The position numbers were made by a program, and so were the translations under genes. Positions 38,751-49,320 of a stretch of 64,000 nt of DNA are shown in pieces. The stretch is taken from NCBI RefSeq assembly GCF_009914755.1, contig NC_060926.1, one strand, 5' to 3'. Source of the DNA: the human T2T-CHM13v2.0 reference genome, Homo sapiens. Within the stretch, counting starts at the first letter, position 1; each line of letters starts with the position of its first letter. The notes beneath the pieces are model-generated. The model was not told the origin of the DNA, ran no database searches, and saw only the letters and a program-made list of their open reading frames with translations.

Positions 38751-39947
38751 TCTATCAACGAGGTTGAGCATTTTTTTCATATGTTTATTGCAATTTGCAT
38801 TTTCTCCTTGGTGAGCTACCTATTTTATGTTGTATATATTTTCCCACAGTAAAAGAGAAGGAAATGATTTACAGCTCTACATAGTATCCTGGAGAGACAG
38901 TCATGAAAATTGTTAAGAAAAAAAAAATCCATGTTTCTCTGAATAGTAAGATGTGTGCGTGTGTGTGTTCACAGAAAAAGGAAAGGGAGGATATAAACCA
39001 AATTGTTAATATTAACGACCTCAGGGAGTATGCAGTATTTATTGTTTGGCTATAAGAAGGGGCATGAATTTAGAGGTCAGACCAGGCTCAAGGCCCTAGC
39101 TCCACTACTGATTTGATGTGTGACATGGACGAATAACATGCCAGTTTCTTCATCTGTAAAACAGGAAGAGAAATAGAGCTGTTGTGAGTAGTAGATATTA
39201 CAACAGTGCCTGTCACAATAAAGTGTAGCTATTGTCATCATATTATTATCTCCTTCAGTGTCTTCTTCACTGTACCATATCTATTCTTCCATTCAGGACT
39301 TCTTTATTGGGACTGTAAAAAGATTTAAGTATCAAAAGAGAAAAACATAGAAATAAAAACAAAATACAAAAAGCCTAATAATGAGGGGGTTCACATAGTA
39401 CTTGTTTCTGATCCCACTAGAACTAGCTTGCCTCTGAGGCCATCCGAGATATCTAAGCTTTGGCCCTAAAGAACTGCCACAAATTTGGAGACGTGGCCTA
39501 CATTTCTTTCTTCTTGGTCTGTCTTCACATAGAAGGTGCTCTTAAGACACACAGCCTAGGAACCTCCTTCTCAACACCTCCACACCTTCACTTGCTCTTT
39601 GCTATCCCTACTGTCACCCTCCTCTTTTCTCCTGCCACATCAACAGCTTCTTGCACTGCAAATGTTTTCTGGAACTCTCCCCATGACTGACAGGCTAATA
39701 AGGAGTTATTTTATTTGCTGTTTGAGTCACAAATACCATTTTTATCCAATCCCAACTTTGCCTTTTTTGTAGGGTTACTGCTACATTAATGTTCTCTGGC
39801 TTGAGAAATCTGAAGCCTTTAGGCAGTGATTAGATTTTTCCTACGTGCTTTACAACACTTCACATTCAACAAATTCATTAACGATAAACAGGAAATAAAC
39901 CAACAATTTCTCCTGGTTTAGTTCACCCTTAGGACACGCATCTATGA

Positions 39948-40410
<463 letters not shown>

Positions 40411-41524
40411 CTTCTGCCATCTTTATATTCGTTCATTTTCCGTTTCCTTCCCTTCCTTTCTTGTCTCTCCCTCTTGAACATTTCTAAGCACCTTGTGTGT
40501 GCCAGGCATTCAGTAACAAAGCTTGAGCAAAACAGCCCACCTTCTCATTATCATGGAGCTTACAAGCCTAACTGGGAATTGGAGACATTCATCAAATAAT
40601 CACCAAATCTATAATTTGAAACTGCACTTAGTGCCATGAAATAAAACACAGGCCCCTGTGACAAATCTGTGTAGATGAAGGCTTCATCCAGGAAGTGGTA
40701 GCTGAGCTGGAGTGAGAAGGATAAGGAGTTAGCCAGGCATCTCCCCACATTTAGAGCGCCGAGTGGGCAGAGACCAGGATTGTTATAGCATTTGCTCCTG
40801 GGTCTGACTCACAGATGTGCTCATAAATATTTGTGGAAGGGAGGAAGGGACAATACGAATAATATAAAATAAATGAAAATGTGTCCTCCTTTGTTTTGAT
40901 ACTATGAAATTAATAAAATTAACTGCTACTAACTAAAAAATCCAAGTAGAACACAGAAAGGAGAGTGTGGCACAAGGTAAGGTTGCAGAAGTAGCAGCCA
41001 AATCACACTGGGGCCTTGAGTATGTAGAGATTTTAGTCCGTATCCCGACAGCAATTGAAAGCCACTGAAAAGTAATTCACAGCAAATATAGTTAATTTTT
41101 TTACAGCTTACATTAAAACAAATTATGTACTAGATACTGTGCTAAAGACTCTACTTGCACTATTTGAATCCTTGAAACAATCCTATGATGTACTATTAAT
41201 ATTCCAATTTTACAGAACGAGGATACTGATGCATAGAGAGGTCGTGACTCCAAACCCCTACTCTTACTGTATTACACCTACACACTATTCACAAGTGAGA
41301 GAAGTAGGTAAGCAACTATGTACAGCTAAATCTCATCTCCTTGGCAGGCCTAGCCCCACTGTGGAGTTGGTAGCACAGGGGTATCAGGATTTAATGAGCC
41401 AATCATTGACTTTACGCTCCTTGTTCTGACTCCCTAATAAAATAACCTTCTAGTTATATTCTGGCTTCCCATATAGATTTTTCTGCTGGGAGATAATGCA
41501 CTGACCAGCCTACACACGCATTTT

Positions 41525-42950
41525 GTTCCAGTTGACAATTTTATTACACATTGTAAGTTAATAAATTGGCATTCTCCTTTAAAAAATAACAAAAAAATTT
41601 AATAGTCTTATACAGTTACTTTCCCATGAAGGGTTAGCTTGAAAAGTAAAAAGCAACGAATAAAAATATCATCACCTATTGTCTCTTTTGTGGTCGAACC
41701 TTTTCTTGCTGCCTGCTTTGAGCGACCGTGGATGTGGTCACTGAGTCTGGGGAGGAGCCCTTTATCTTCTTTGTGGATGCCCCCAGCACAGCCCAAGTGC
41801 TTCCTTTGTTTCCCACTGAGCCTTTAGCAAATCCCACCTTTCCTCCTGCACCGACGGAGAGGATTGTTCTTGGGAATGCACCTTGTTCTACTGCCGCCAG
41901 CAGTAGGCAGCTGGAGACTGTTACTAGGGGTCTCCTTCACCTCCCCAGCGTAAAGTACATCCCATGCTAGGAGCAGGCCGTTCCCTGAGAACCTCATTAA
42001 ACCCGGCGTTCTTGTCACGCGCTCCGCTCAGGGCCACCAGGCCACCAGCCCGACCAGACCTGCACCGAGGCCCAGCCCCAGAACAGGCTGCAGAGACCCC
42101 CGCCCCCAAGGCGGGCTCCCTCCAAACGGGACTCCATACTCCTTGCTGGCTCAAGTTTTGTTTCGCTCTTTTTCCCTGTAATTCCTTTATTGGGCAAAAC
42201 TGGGACAAACGCAGGTGGACATTTTAAAGTGAAAGCTTCATGAAACAGCCCATTCCACGCCGTCAAGAGATCTGCTTAAGCACATTCAAGGGAACGAATA
42301 GCCCCCACCCACCAAAAAAGAAATGTTCGTTCCATATTCTCCTGAACAGAGGATTGAAACATCGATTCCCCCCCCCTTCAAAGGAACAGGAAGGCCACGG
42401 GGCAAGGACGGACTTGGGAGCGGCCTCCTTTCTCTCTGGAGGGAAAGGCTGGAGCGCTGCCTCCACTTTTAAGTCCACGAACCACGAAGGGTGAGGATCC
42501 CTCAGAAACTTTAGCGCAGGGGAGCGGGCAGGAGGGCGATTGTTTAAATCGATGGCAGCACCTTCATTAATCTGCTTTCCGGCCATCTTCAGCAGAGCCA
42601 TTCACCAGGAAACGACTAGAAGGTGGGCCTGCGCCCCTCAGATATCCCGGGGCCGGCAACGAGCCGGGCAGGGACGCCGAAGGAAGGCCGTGAGGAGCCC
42701 TCGCTGGCCGGCCAAGATGGCCACCTTCACATGGCCGACCGCCACCGGCTCCCTGCCACCCGGCATCTAGAGGCGGGACGGCCAGAAAGACCCCAGCCGC
42801 AGCACAAAACCTCCGCGATTCCCGCCGCCTCCGCTGGGGGACGCGACCTCCGGGAAAGCTATCCCGGCCAACGGTCGGAAGGGAGGTGCCATGTCACCGC
42901 ACAGGGGAGCGGGTCCAGCAAGCCCCAGTCGCTTTTTCTCCCACATCAAA
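41525..42950 (-). ncRNA. PARTICL: Divergent antisense lncRNA upstream of MAT2A (PARTICL/PARTICLE), approximate extent
   Basis: Recognised from locus knowledge (~1.4-kb unspliced promoter-antisense RNA). Sequence support: minus-strand AATAAA (TTTATT 41540-41545) ~1.4 kb from the CpG island and a repeat-free interval. Ends inferred. Confidence 0.65.
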
Positions 42951-43138
42951 CAAGGAAGAGCAATCCCCCACGTCTCCTCGCGTCTGCATTTTTCTCCTAG
43001 CTCTAGCGGCTCAAGATAGCTGAACGGTCTCTGGAGGGCCGGATTGCCACGGCACCTCCCGCGGCCGCGCAGTGTGGTTCAGCCCGGACTCCGCGGGGCG
43101 AGCTGCCCTTCCTCCCCCGACCCCCGCGCAAGTGGTGC

Positions 43139-43200
43139 ATTGGCGCGCGGCGCCGAGGGGCGGGGCCCGAGCCGGGCGCGCGCGGGCGCTGCTCTATAAA
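43139..43200 (+). promoter_or_regulatory. MAT2A core promoter (inverted CCAAT, GC box, TATA box)
   Basis: ATTGG 43139-43143, GGGGCGGGG 43157-43165, TATAAA 43195-43200; implies TSS near 43225-43230, ~120 nt before the ATG. Confidence 0.85.
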
Positions 43201-43346
43201 TACCGGGCCGCACCGCCCGCTGCTTCGTTCGCTCCGCGCCGCCCGCCTGCTACGAGTAGAACGCTGTCCGCAGCTTGCGCATTTCGCAGCCGCTGCCGCC
43301 TCGCCGCTGCTCCTTCGTAAGGCCACTTCCGCACACCGACACCAAC

Positions 43347-43437
43347 ATGAACGGACAGCTCAACGGCTTCCACGAGGCGTTCATCGAGGAGGGCACATTC
43401 CTTTTCACCTCAGAGTCGGTCGGGGAAGGCCACCCAG
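43347..43437 (+). CDS. MAT2A: MAT2A exon 1 (coding part)
   Basis: ACCAACATGA start; MNGQLNG...EGHP; donor CAG|GTGAGG. Confidence 0.98.
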
Positions 43438-46400
43438 GTGAGGGGACGGCCTGAAGCGAAGCGTGGGGCGGGGCAGAAGGCAGCGCCAAGGTCCGGCTGG
43501 CTGCGGCCGGCCGGTGGTGGGGCCCGCGCGGGTCGTCCTCGTCCGCCGGGTGATGGAAGAGCGGCGACCGCGCGCTTTCCTCGTGGCGCCGCCAGGGCCT
43601 GGCGCGTGGCCGCCGCTCCTCTTCCCCCTCCCCTCTCCACCCTTCCCTTCCCCCCTCCCTTTTCATTCGGTCGCGCGCCTAGGCATGCGGAAGGTTCCAG
43701 AAAACGTGAAGGGCGGGGGCTGTGGTCGCTAGTGAGTTCTGGCCGGGAAGGGAGGGCACTGTTAACCCCTCCCGGCCCTGCCGTCTGACAAACCTGGAGT
43801 GGGCGACCCGCCCCGCGTGCTCGCGTCCGGCCCTCGGGAGCGCGCGCCCCGCATTGCAGCGGCGACCACGTGTTTGCCGCATGTGGTATCTGGGCGAGGG
43901 GGAGCCGTGAGCCTCCCCGGCTGTCCTGGCCCTCAGTTTGAGGGGTGGGGGGCCTATGCCTTGGGACGTCGTCTGGCTCCACTGCCTCAGTGGTTAGGTC
44001 TTGACTACACACTGGAGAATACGCACATGCCCTTCGGCGGATATGGCCTTGCCTCCAAGGTGACGGCCTCTGACTAAATATAGCTCATGTCCAAGAAGGC
44101 AGTCCTTATTTGGACCCCTTGTGAAAAGGATGGGAAGCATGAATTAGGAGCTGCCATTGCTTTGGGTTCGCATTTAAAGTCTTCGGTGCAGGGTTTTACT
44201 TGAGGCTTTGTCCGCTCAACCGCCATTATGGGGATCAATTGGCACGTGAAGGAGGAGTAAAGCTATATTTCCAGGAACTGAAAATCTCAGCCTGAGCATA
44301 TCGGCTAGTAAAGATGATTATTTGGCTCTTTTGGCTGTTTCTGCCCTTAGGATGACCGCAGTAGTTATCTATCTGGTGGCTTTAGGGTCTGGTCAGTTTA
44401 CTGTGCCCATGATGAAATCCCACAAGTAACTTAGTGGTATGAGAGGACAAACCCAGGATCTTGATGAGTGCTGAAGGTTAGCTGTTACACCAGTTAGTAG
44501 TAGACCGAAGTTCAGAGCCTGCAGTCTGGCTTCCACATTATGTTTGGATTCTGTTTTAGGCGGTTATAGAAAATTCAGAAAAACGAACTTGAATTAGGGA
44601 GATATTTGTTCTCCCTCCTAACAATAGATGACAAAGCAGGGAGACATGGATTCGGAATACGTTTGAGCATCTTCTACACTGTTGAGCTTTTGTTTCCTGC
44701 GCAACTCCTAACAGCAAAATCAGATAATTGCCATTTTAGTCAGAAAATGCTTTTCATTTAATTGTTTAATCGAATTATCTTGTTGCTCATTATAATTGGT
44801 GTTCCTTAAGATTAGGGAAACTGGCCTACCTGTGGCCTCAGTTCTACCAGACTCCCAGGTGCAGAGGGGTTTGGTACAGTTGTGGAAGTGAATATGATAT
44901 AGGGCAAATTCTGTTCTTTAAAGGATATAGGACTAACAGTTCACCTTTCTGGTGATTAGATTTATAATGCAAACTTTGAATTTTAGGAGGAAAGTGCAAA
45001 CACAATGAATTAAGATGTATTAAGCATGTTTTTTAAAATCTCCAAAGATTTTACAGATAGTAACAGGGAGGGAGCTTGCATACATACATACATACTTTGT
45101 TTAAAGTTAAAGAAACTGAGCCAGGAATTTCTCTTTTCCAGATAAGATTTGTGACCAAATCAGTGATGCTGTCCTTGATGCCCACCTTCAGCAGGATCCT
45201 GATGCCAAAGTAGCTTGTGGTAGGTTCAGAATGTGCTTATCAACTGGTGGAAAGATAGCATAAAAATTATTTTTATAGAAGTGATGTTTGAGTTGAATGT
45301 CTCTTTTTATTAGAAACTGTTGCTAAAACTGGAATGATCCTTCTTGCTGGGGAAATTACATCCAGAGCTGCTGTTGACTACCAGAAAGTGGTTCGTGAAG
45401 CTGTTAAACACATTGGATATGATGATTCTTCCAAAGGTGTGTTTTAATGATTTTGCTCATTTTTTTCTAGGTAACAGCTGTGAGGTTTGAAGAAACTCCT
45501 AGAATGTTCCTGCTAATCCTAAACTCCAGTTGTATCTTACTATACACTAAGCCCTATTCTGTTCATTCTCTAAAAGGTCCGATGGTTTAGGTATATTTGA
45601 TTTCTTCAGCAGTGTTTAGAATTCCAGATAATTGCTGTAAACAGCAGGTATTTCTAGGACGTAAACAAGATGTTGTGTTTTTTGCTTATAGGTTTTGACT
45701 ACAAGACTTGTAACGTGCTGGTAGCCTTGGAGCAACAGTCACCAGATATTGCTCAAGGTGTTCATCTTGACAGAAATGAAGAAGACATTGGTGCTGGAGA
45801 CCAGGTATCTTGGTGTAGAGGCTGTTTTAATCTCTTCTAACATTAAATTCTGGAGCTTGATCACATTGGTGACTTTTCTTTCTTTAGGGCTTAATGTTTG
45901 GCTATGCCACTGATGAAACTGAGGAGTGTATGCCTTTAACCATTGTCTTGGCACACAAGCTAAATGCCAAACTGGCAGAACTACGCCGTAATGGCACTTT
46001 GCCTTGGTTACGCCCTGATTCTAAAACTCAAGTAAGTGATGATCATAAAGCTTGGTTGTCTCATTTATTACATCAGCACAGAAGATCCATAATTTTGATA
46101 ATAGCTAACTGGAAAAAATAGCATTTGTTTTCCTATATTGTAACTTCAGGTAGAGAAACAAATACAAAGTTATTGTTTGGTATGATGTTCTGATGACCTG
46201 TGTTGCCTTCAAGGTTACTGTGCAGTATATGCAGGATCGAGGTGCTGTGCTTCCCATCAGAGTCCACACAATTGTTATATCTGTTCAGCATGATGAAGAG
46301 GTTTGTCTTGATGAAATGAGGGATGCCCTAAAGGAGAAAGTCATCAAAGCAGTTGTGCCTGCGAAATACCTTGATGAGGATACAATCTACCACCTACAGC

Positions 46401-47831
46401 CAAGTGGCAGATTTGTTATTGGTGGGCCTCAGGTAATGTCATTTTGTTGCATTTTTCTGGATTTTTGATGGTTACTTAAAATTTTGGCTACTACATTTTT
46501 TTCAGGCTTTCTGAAACCTACATGTGAATCATCGGAGGATATTTGCTGAATGAATTCAGAATAGGCAACCTAATCCACTTGGAAAGCACTAGGCGTAAAG
46601 TAACTTAAATCCTGTAATTTCAGGGTGATGCTGGTTTGACTGGACGCAAAATCATTGTGGACACTTATGGCGGTTGGGGTGCTCATGGAGGAGGTGCCTT
46701 TTCAGGAAAGGATTATACCAAGGTCGACCGTTCAGCTGCTTATGCTGCTCGTTGGGTGGCAAAATCCCTTGTTAAAGGAGGTCTGTGCCGGAGGGTTCTT
46801 GTTCAGGTATACACTCTTTATATAACGAACGATTAAAAGTCATGTAAGTGGGAGGGTATTTAGTAGTAATCTACTTAACTACTTGTTTTATACCAACGTA
46901 TTATACAAGTATATGGGTCTTTGCAATCACTGATTCTTACGACATTTGAATCCTTTTAGGTCTCTTATGCTATTGGAGTTTCTCATCCATTATCTATCTC
47001 CATTTTCCATTATGGTACCTCTCAGAAGAGTGAGAGAGAGCTATTAGAGATTGTGAAGAAGAATTTCGATCTCCGCCCTGGGGTCATTGTCAGGTAAAGA
47101 TGGTAAAGCCTGTTGCTAGTCAAGTATTGAGGGTGTTGGGTGTGTGTGTATATACTTAAGGCTGAGGAGGTGAAGGTGTGAAGGAAGACTCCTCAAATGG
47201 GAATATATTTTAATTCCTGGAACAGTTTTGAACTGCTGCCTTAGTGAAGACTTAGTTATTTGAGAAATTTAAAATTACGGTGCTCCATGGCTTAGGCTAA
47301 CCACTCTAGAGAATGTTCCAGATTTGATATTTGAGCTTTGTGCTCTTCTACTTAAGGGTGTTAAGAAAATAGAGATAAAGTGGGTTGCTCAAGGTTTGTT
47401 GCAATGTAAAAACCATGGTAGGGTGTGGGCGGCGGGACCTTGGTAAGTATTGTGTGATCTCAGGTGAGCTTTTTGACAATTGAAATTTCTCAGAATAATG
47501 ACAAGTTTTCGTATTTGTTGAGCCAGGGACGGAAAAACAACTATAGTTACTAATAAGGACTGTGCAAGGAGTTTGGACACCAGGGAAGTAACACTTTTGC
47601 CACAAATTTTTTTCCTAGCATATCCCAGAGAACTCATTTGCCAGAGCTCTTGAAAATGAGTCTTGCTGATTGTTTTGCTTTATTTTAATTTAATGCTACA
47701 TATTAAGTTACGGACTTGTATATTCCAGGGATCTGGATCTGAAGAAGCCAATTTATCAGAGGACTGCAGCCTATGGCCACTTTGGTAGGGACAGCTTCCC
47801 ATGGGAAGTGCCCAAAAAGCTTAAATATTGA
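43347..47831 (+). CDS. MAT2A: Methionine adenosyltransferase 2A (SAM synthetase isoform 2), complete spliced CDS, 9 exons, 1188 nt / 395 aa
   Basis: Exons 43347-43437, 45142-45219, 45314-45436, 45692-45804, 45888-46031, 46214-46432, 46624-46806, 46960-47093, 47729-47831, all GT-AG. Lengths 91+78+123+113+144+219+183+134+103=1188. Starts [32 protein letters not shown], contains SAM-synthetase signatures GAGDQG and GGGAFSGKD, ends WEVPKKLKY*. Confidence 0.99.
43867..44248. promoter_or_regulatory. Two canonical E-boxes in MAT2A intron 1
   Basis: CACGTG at 43867-43872 and 44243-44248; consistent with reported MYC control of MAT2A through intron 1. Confidence 0.5.
45142..45219 (+). CDS. MAT2A: MAT2A exon 2
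   Basis: ttttccag|ATAAG ([26 protein letters not shown]); donor G|GTAGGT. Confidence 0.97.
45314..45436 (+). CDS. MAT2A: MAT2A exon 3
   Basis: tttattag|AAACT ([17 protein letters not shown]...YDDSSK); donor AAG|GTGTGT. Confidence 0.97.
45692..45804 (+). CDS. MAT2A: MAT2A exon 4
   Basis: [38 protein letters not shown]; AG/GT flanks. Confidence 0.97.
45888..46031 (+). CDS. MAT2A: MAT2A exon 5
   Basis: [17 protein letters not shown]...RPDSKTQ; matches ORF 45894..46121; donor CAA|GTAAGT. Confidence 0.97.
46214..46432 (+). CDS. MAT2A: MAT2A exon 6
   Basis: [12 protein letters not shown]...GRFVIGGPQ; matches ORF 46193..46468. Confidence 0.97.
46624..46806 (+). CDS. MAT2A: MAT2A exon 7
   Basis: [37 protein letters not shown]...RVLVQ. 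Confidence 0.98.
46960..47093 (+). CDS. MAT2A: MAT2A exon 8
   Basis: [19 protein letters not shown]...DLRPGVIV; donor CAG|GTAAAG. Confidence 0.97.
47094..47728 (+). other. MAT2A: MAT2A terminal intron 8 (SAM-responsive detained/retained intron)
   Basis: 635-nt GT-AG intron with a poor pyrimidine tract (GGACTTGTATATTCCAG). Retention gives an immediate in-frame TAA (47095-47097). METTL16-dependent retention of this intron is established knowledge. Confidence 0.9.
47729..47831 (+). CDS. MAT2A: MAT2A exon 9 (coding part)
   Basis: tattccag|GGATCTG; [36 protein letters not shown] at 47829-47831. Confidence 0.97.
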
Positions 47832-47843
47832 AAGTGTTAGCCT

Positions 47844-47901
47844 TTTTTCCCCAGACTTGTTGGCGTAGGCTACAGAGAAGCCTTCAAGCTCTGAGGGAAA
47901 G
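47844..47901 (+). promoter_or_regulatory. MAT2A 3'UTR hairpin 1 (METTL16 m6A site)
   Basis: TACAGAGAA at 47871-47879 in GGCGTAGGC-TACAGAGAA-GCC; extended stem TTCCCCAGACTTG / CAAGCTCTGAGGGAA. Confidence 0.95.
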
Positions 47902-48449
47902 GGCCCTCCTTCCTAAATTTTCCTGTCCTCTTTCAGCTCCTGACCAGTTGCAGTCACTCTAGTCAATGACATGAATTTTAGCTTTTGTGGGGGACTGTAA
48001 GTTGGGCTTGCTATTCTGTCCCTAGGTGTTTTGTTCACCATTATAATGAATTTAGTGAGCATAGGTGATCCATGTAACTGCCTAGAAACAACACTGTAGT
48101 AAATAATGCTTTGAAATTGAACCTTTGTGCCCTATCACCCAACGCTCCAAAGTCATAATTGCATTGACTTTCCCCACCAGATGCTGAAAATGTCCTTGTG
48201 ATGTGCACGTAAAGTACTTGTAGTTCCACTTATAGCCTCTGTCTGGCAATGCCACAGCCCTGTCAGCATGAATTTGTAATGTCTTGAGCTCTATTATGAA
48301 TGTGAAGCCTTCCCCTTATCCTCCCTGTAACTTGATCCATTTCTAATTATGTAGCTCTTTGTCAGGGAGTGTTCCCTATCCAATCAATCTTGCATGTAAC
48401 GCAAGTTCCCAGTTGGAGCTCCAGCCTGACATCAAAAAAGGCAGTTACC

Positions 48450-48455
48450 ATTAAA
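48450..48455 (+). terminator. MAT2A candidate proximal polyadenylation signal
   Basis: ATTAAA preceded by eight TGTA motifs (47996-48398). Confidence 0.55.
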
Positions 48456-48643
48456 CCATCTCCCTGGTGCTTATGCTCTTAATTGCCACCTCTAACAGCA
48501 CCAAATCAAAATCTCTCCACTTTCAGCTGTCTTTTGGAGGACGTACGTAATAAGGTTTTAATTTAGTAAACCAATCCTATGCATGGTTTCAGCACTAGCC
48601 AAACCTCACCAACTCCTAGTTCTAGAAAAACAGGCACTTGGCA

Positions 48644-48677
48644 GCCTTGTGATGTCATACAGAGAAGTCACAGGGCA
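48644..48677 (+). promoter_or_regulatory. MAT2A 3'UTR hairpin 2
   Basis: TACAGAGAA at 48658-48666; stem GCCTTGTGA / TCACAGGGC. Confidence 0.92.
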
Positions 48678-48819
48678 GTACCTGAGGGTCTGTAGGTTGC
48701 ACACTTTGGTACCAGATAACTTTTTTTTTTCTTTATAAGAAAGCCTGAGTACTCCACACTGCACAATAACTCCTCCCAGGGTTTTAACTTTGTTTTATTT
48801 TCAAAACCAGGTCCAATGA

Positions 48820-48871
48820 GCTTTCTGAACAGCTGGTGTAGCTACAGAGAAACCAGCTTCCTTCAGAGAGC
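48820..48871 (+). promoter_or_regulatory. MAT2A 3'UTR hairpin 3
   Basis: TACAGAGAA at 48843-48851; stem AGCTGGT / ACCAGCT, outer GCTTTCTGAA / TTCAGAGAGC. Confidence 0.93.
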
Positions 48872-48939
48872 AGTGCTTTTGGCGGGGAGGAGGAAATCCC
48901 TTCATACTTGAACGTTTTCTAATTGCTTATTTATTGTAT

Positions 48940-48980
48940 TCTGGGGTATGGCGTAAGTACAGAGAAGCCATCACCTCAGA
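48940..48980 (+). promoter_or_regulatory. MAT2A 3'UTR hairpin 4
   Basis: TACAGAGAA at 48958-48966; stem TCTGGGGT-ATGGC / GCCAT-C-ACCTCAGA. Confidence 0.92.
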
Positions 48981-49056
48981 TGGCAGCTTTTAAAAGATTT
49001 TTTTTTTTTCTCTCAACACCATGATTCCTTTAACAACATGTTTCCAGCATTCCCAG

Positions 49057-49099
49057 GTAGGCCAAGGTGTCCTACAGAAAAACCTTGGGTTAGACCTAC
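49057..49099 (+). promoter_or_regulatory. MAT2A 3'UTR hairpin 5 (UACAGAAAA variant)
   Basis: TACAGAAAA at 49073-49081; stem CCAAGGT / ACCTTGG, outer GTAGG / CCTAC. Confidence 0.9.
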
Positions 49100-49151
49100 A
49101 GGGGGTCTGGCTGGTGTTAACAGAAGGGAGGGCAGAGCTGGTGCGGCTGGC

Positions 49152-49217
49152 CATGGAGAAAGCTGACTTGGCTGGTGTGGTACAGAGAAGCCAGCTTGTT
49201 TACATGCTTATTCCATG
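49152..49217 (+). promoter_or_regulatory. MAT2A 3'UTR hairpin 6
   Basis: TACAGAGAA at 49181-49189; stem GCTGG / CCAGC, outer CATGGA / TCCATG. Confidence 0.92.
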
Positions 49218-49314
49218 ACTGCTTGCCCTAAGCAGAAAGTGCCTTTCAGGATCTATTTTTGGAGGTTTATTACGTATGTCTGGTTCTCAATTCCAACAGT
49301 TTAATGAAGATCTA

Positions 49315-49320
49315 AATAAA
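49315..49320 (+). terminator. MAT2A distal polyadenylation signal
   Basis: AATAAA after hp6, followed ~20 nt later by GU/U-rich TGTGTCTGTT. Confidence 0.88.

Larger units (their letters stand above)
42400..43960. promoter_or_regulatory. CpG island over the MAT2A promoter, exon 1 and 5' intron 1 (bidirectional)
   Basis: Visibly high GC and CpG density; YY1-like CAAGATGGCC near 42713 and ETS CACTTCCG at 43324; boundaries approximate. Confidence 0.85.

Noticed and set aside
42540-44077. Long Arg/Pro/Ala-rich ORFs on both strands (e.g. 43410..44012, 200 aa)
   Set aside because: Stop-codon scarcity in a CpG island; no domain; overlap the MAT2A promoter and exon 1
47871-49189. Repeat-spacer appearance of the TACAGAGAA motifs (CRISPR-like)
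   Set aside because: Eukaryotic 3'UTR, 9-nt repeats with long spacers, no cas genes; these are METTL16 hairpins
47348-49218. Small ORFs in MAT2A intron 8 and 3'UTR (47348..47605, 47389..47637, 48041..48229, 49021..49218)
   Set aside because: Short, no motifs; better explained as noncoding regulatory sequence
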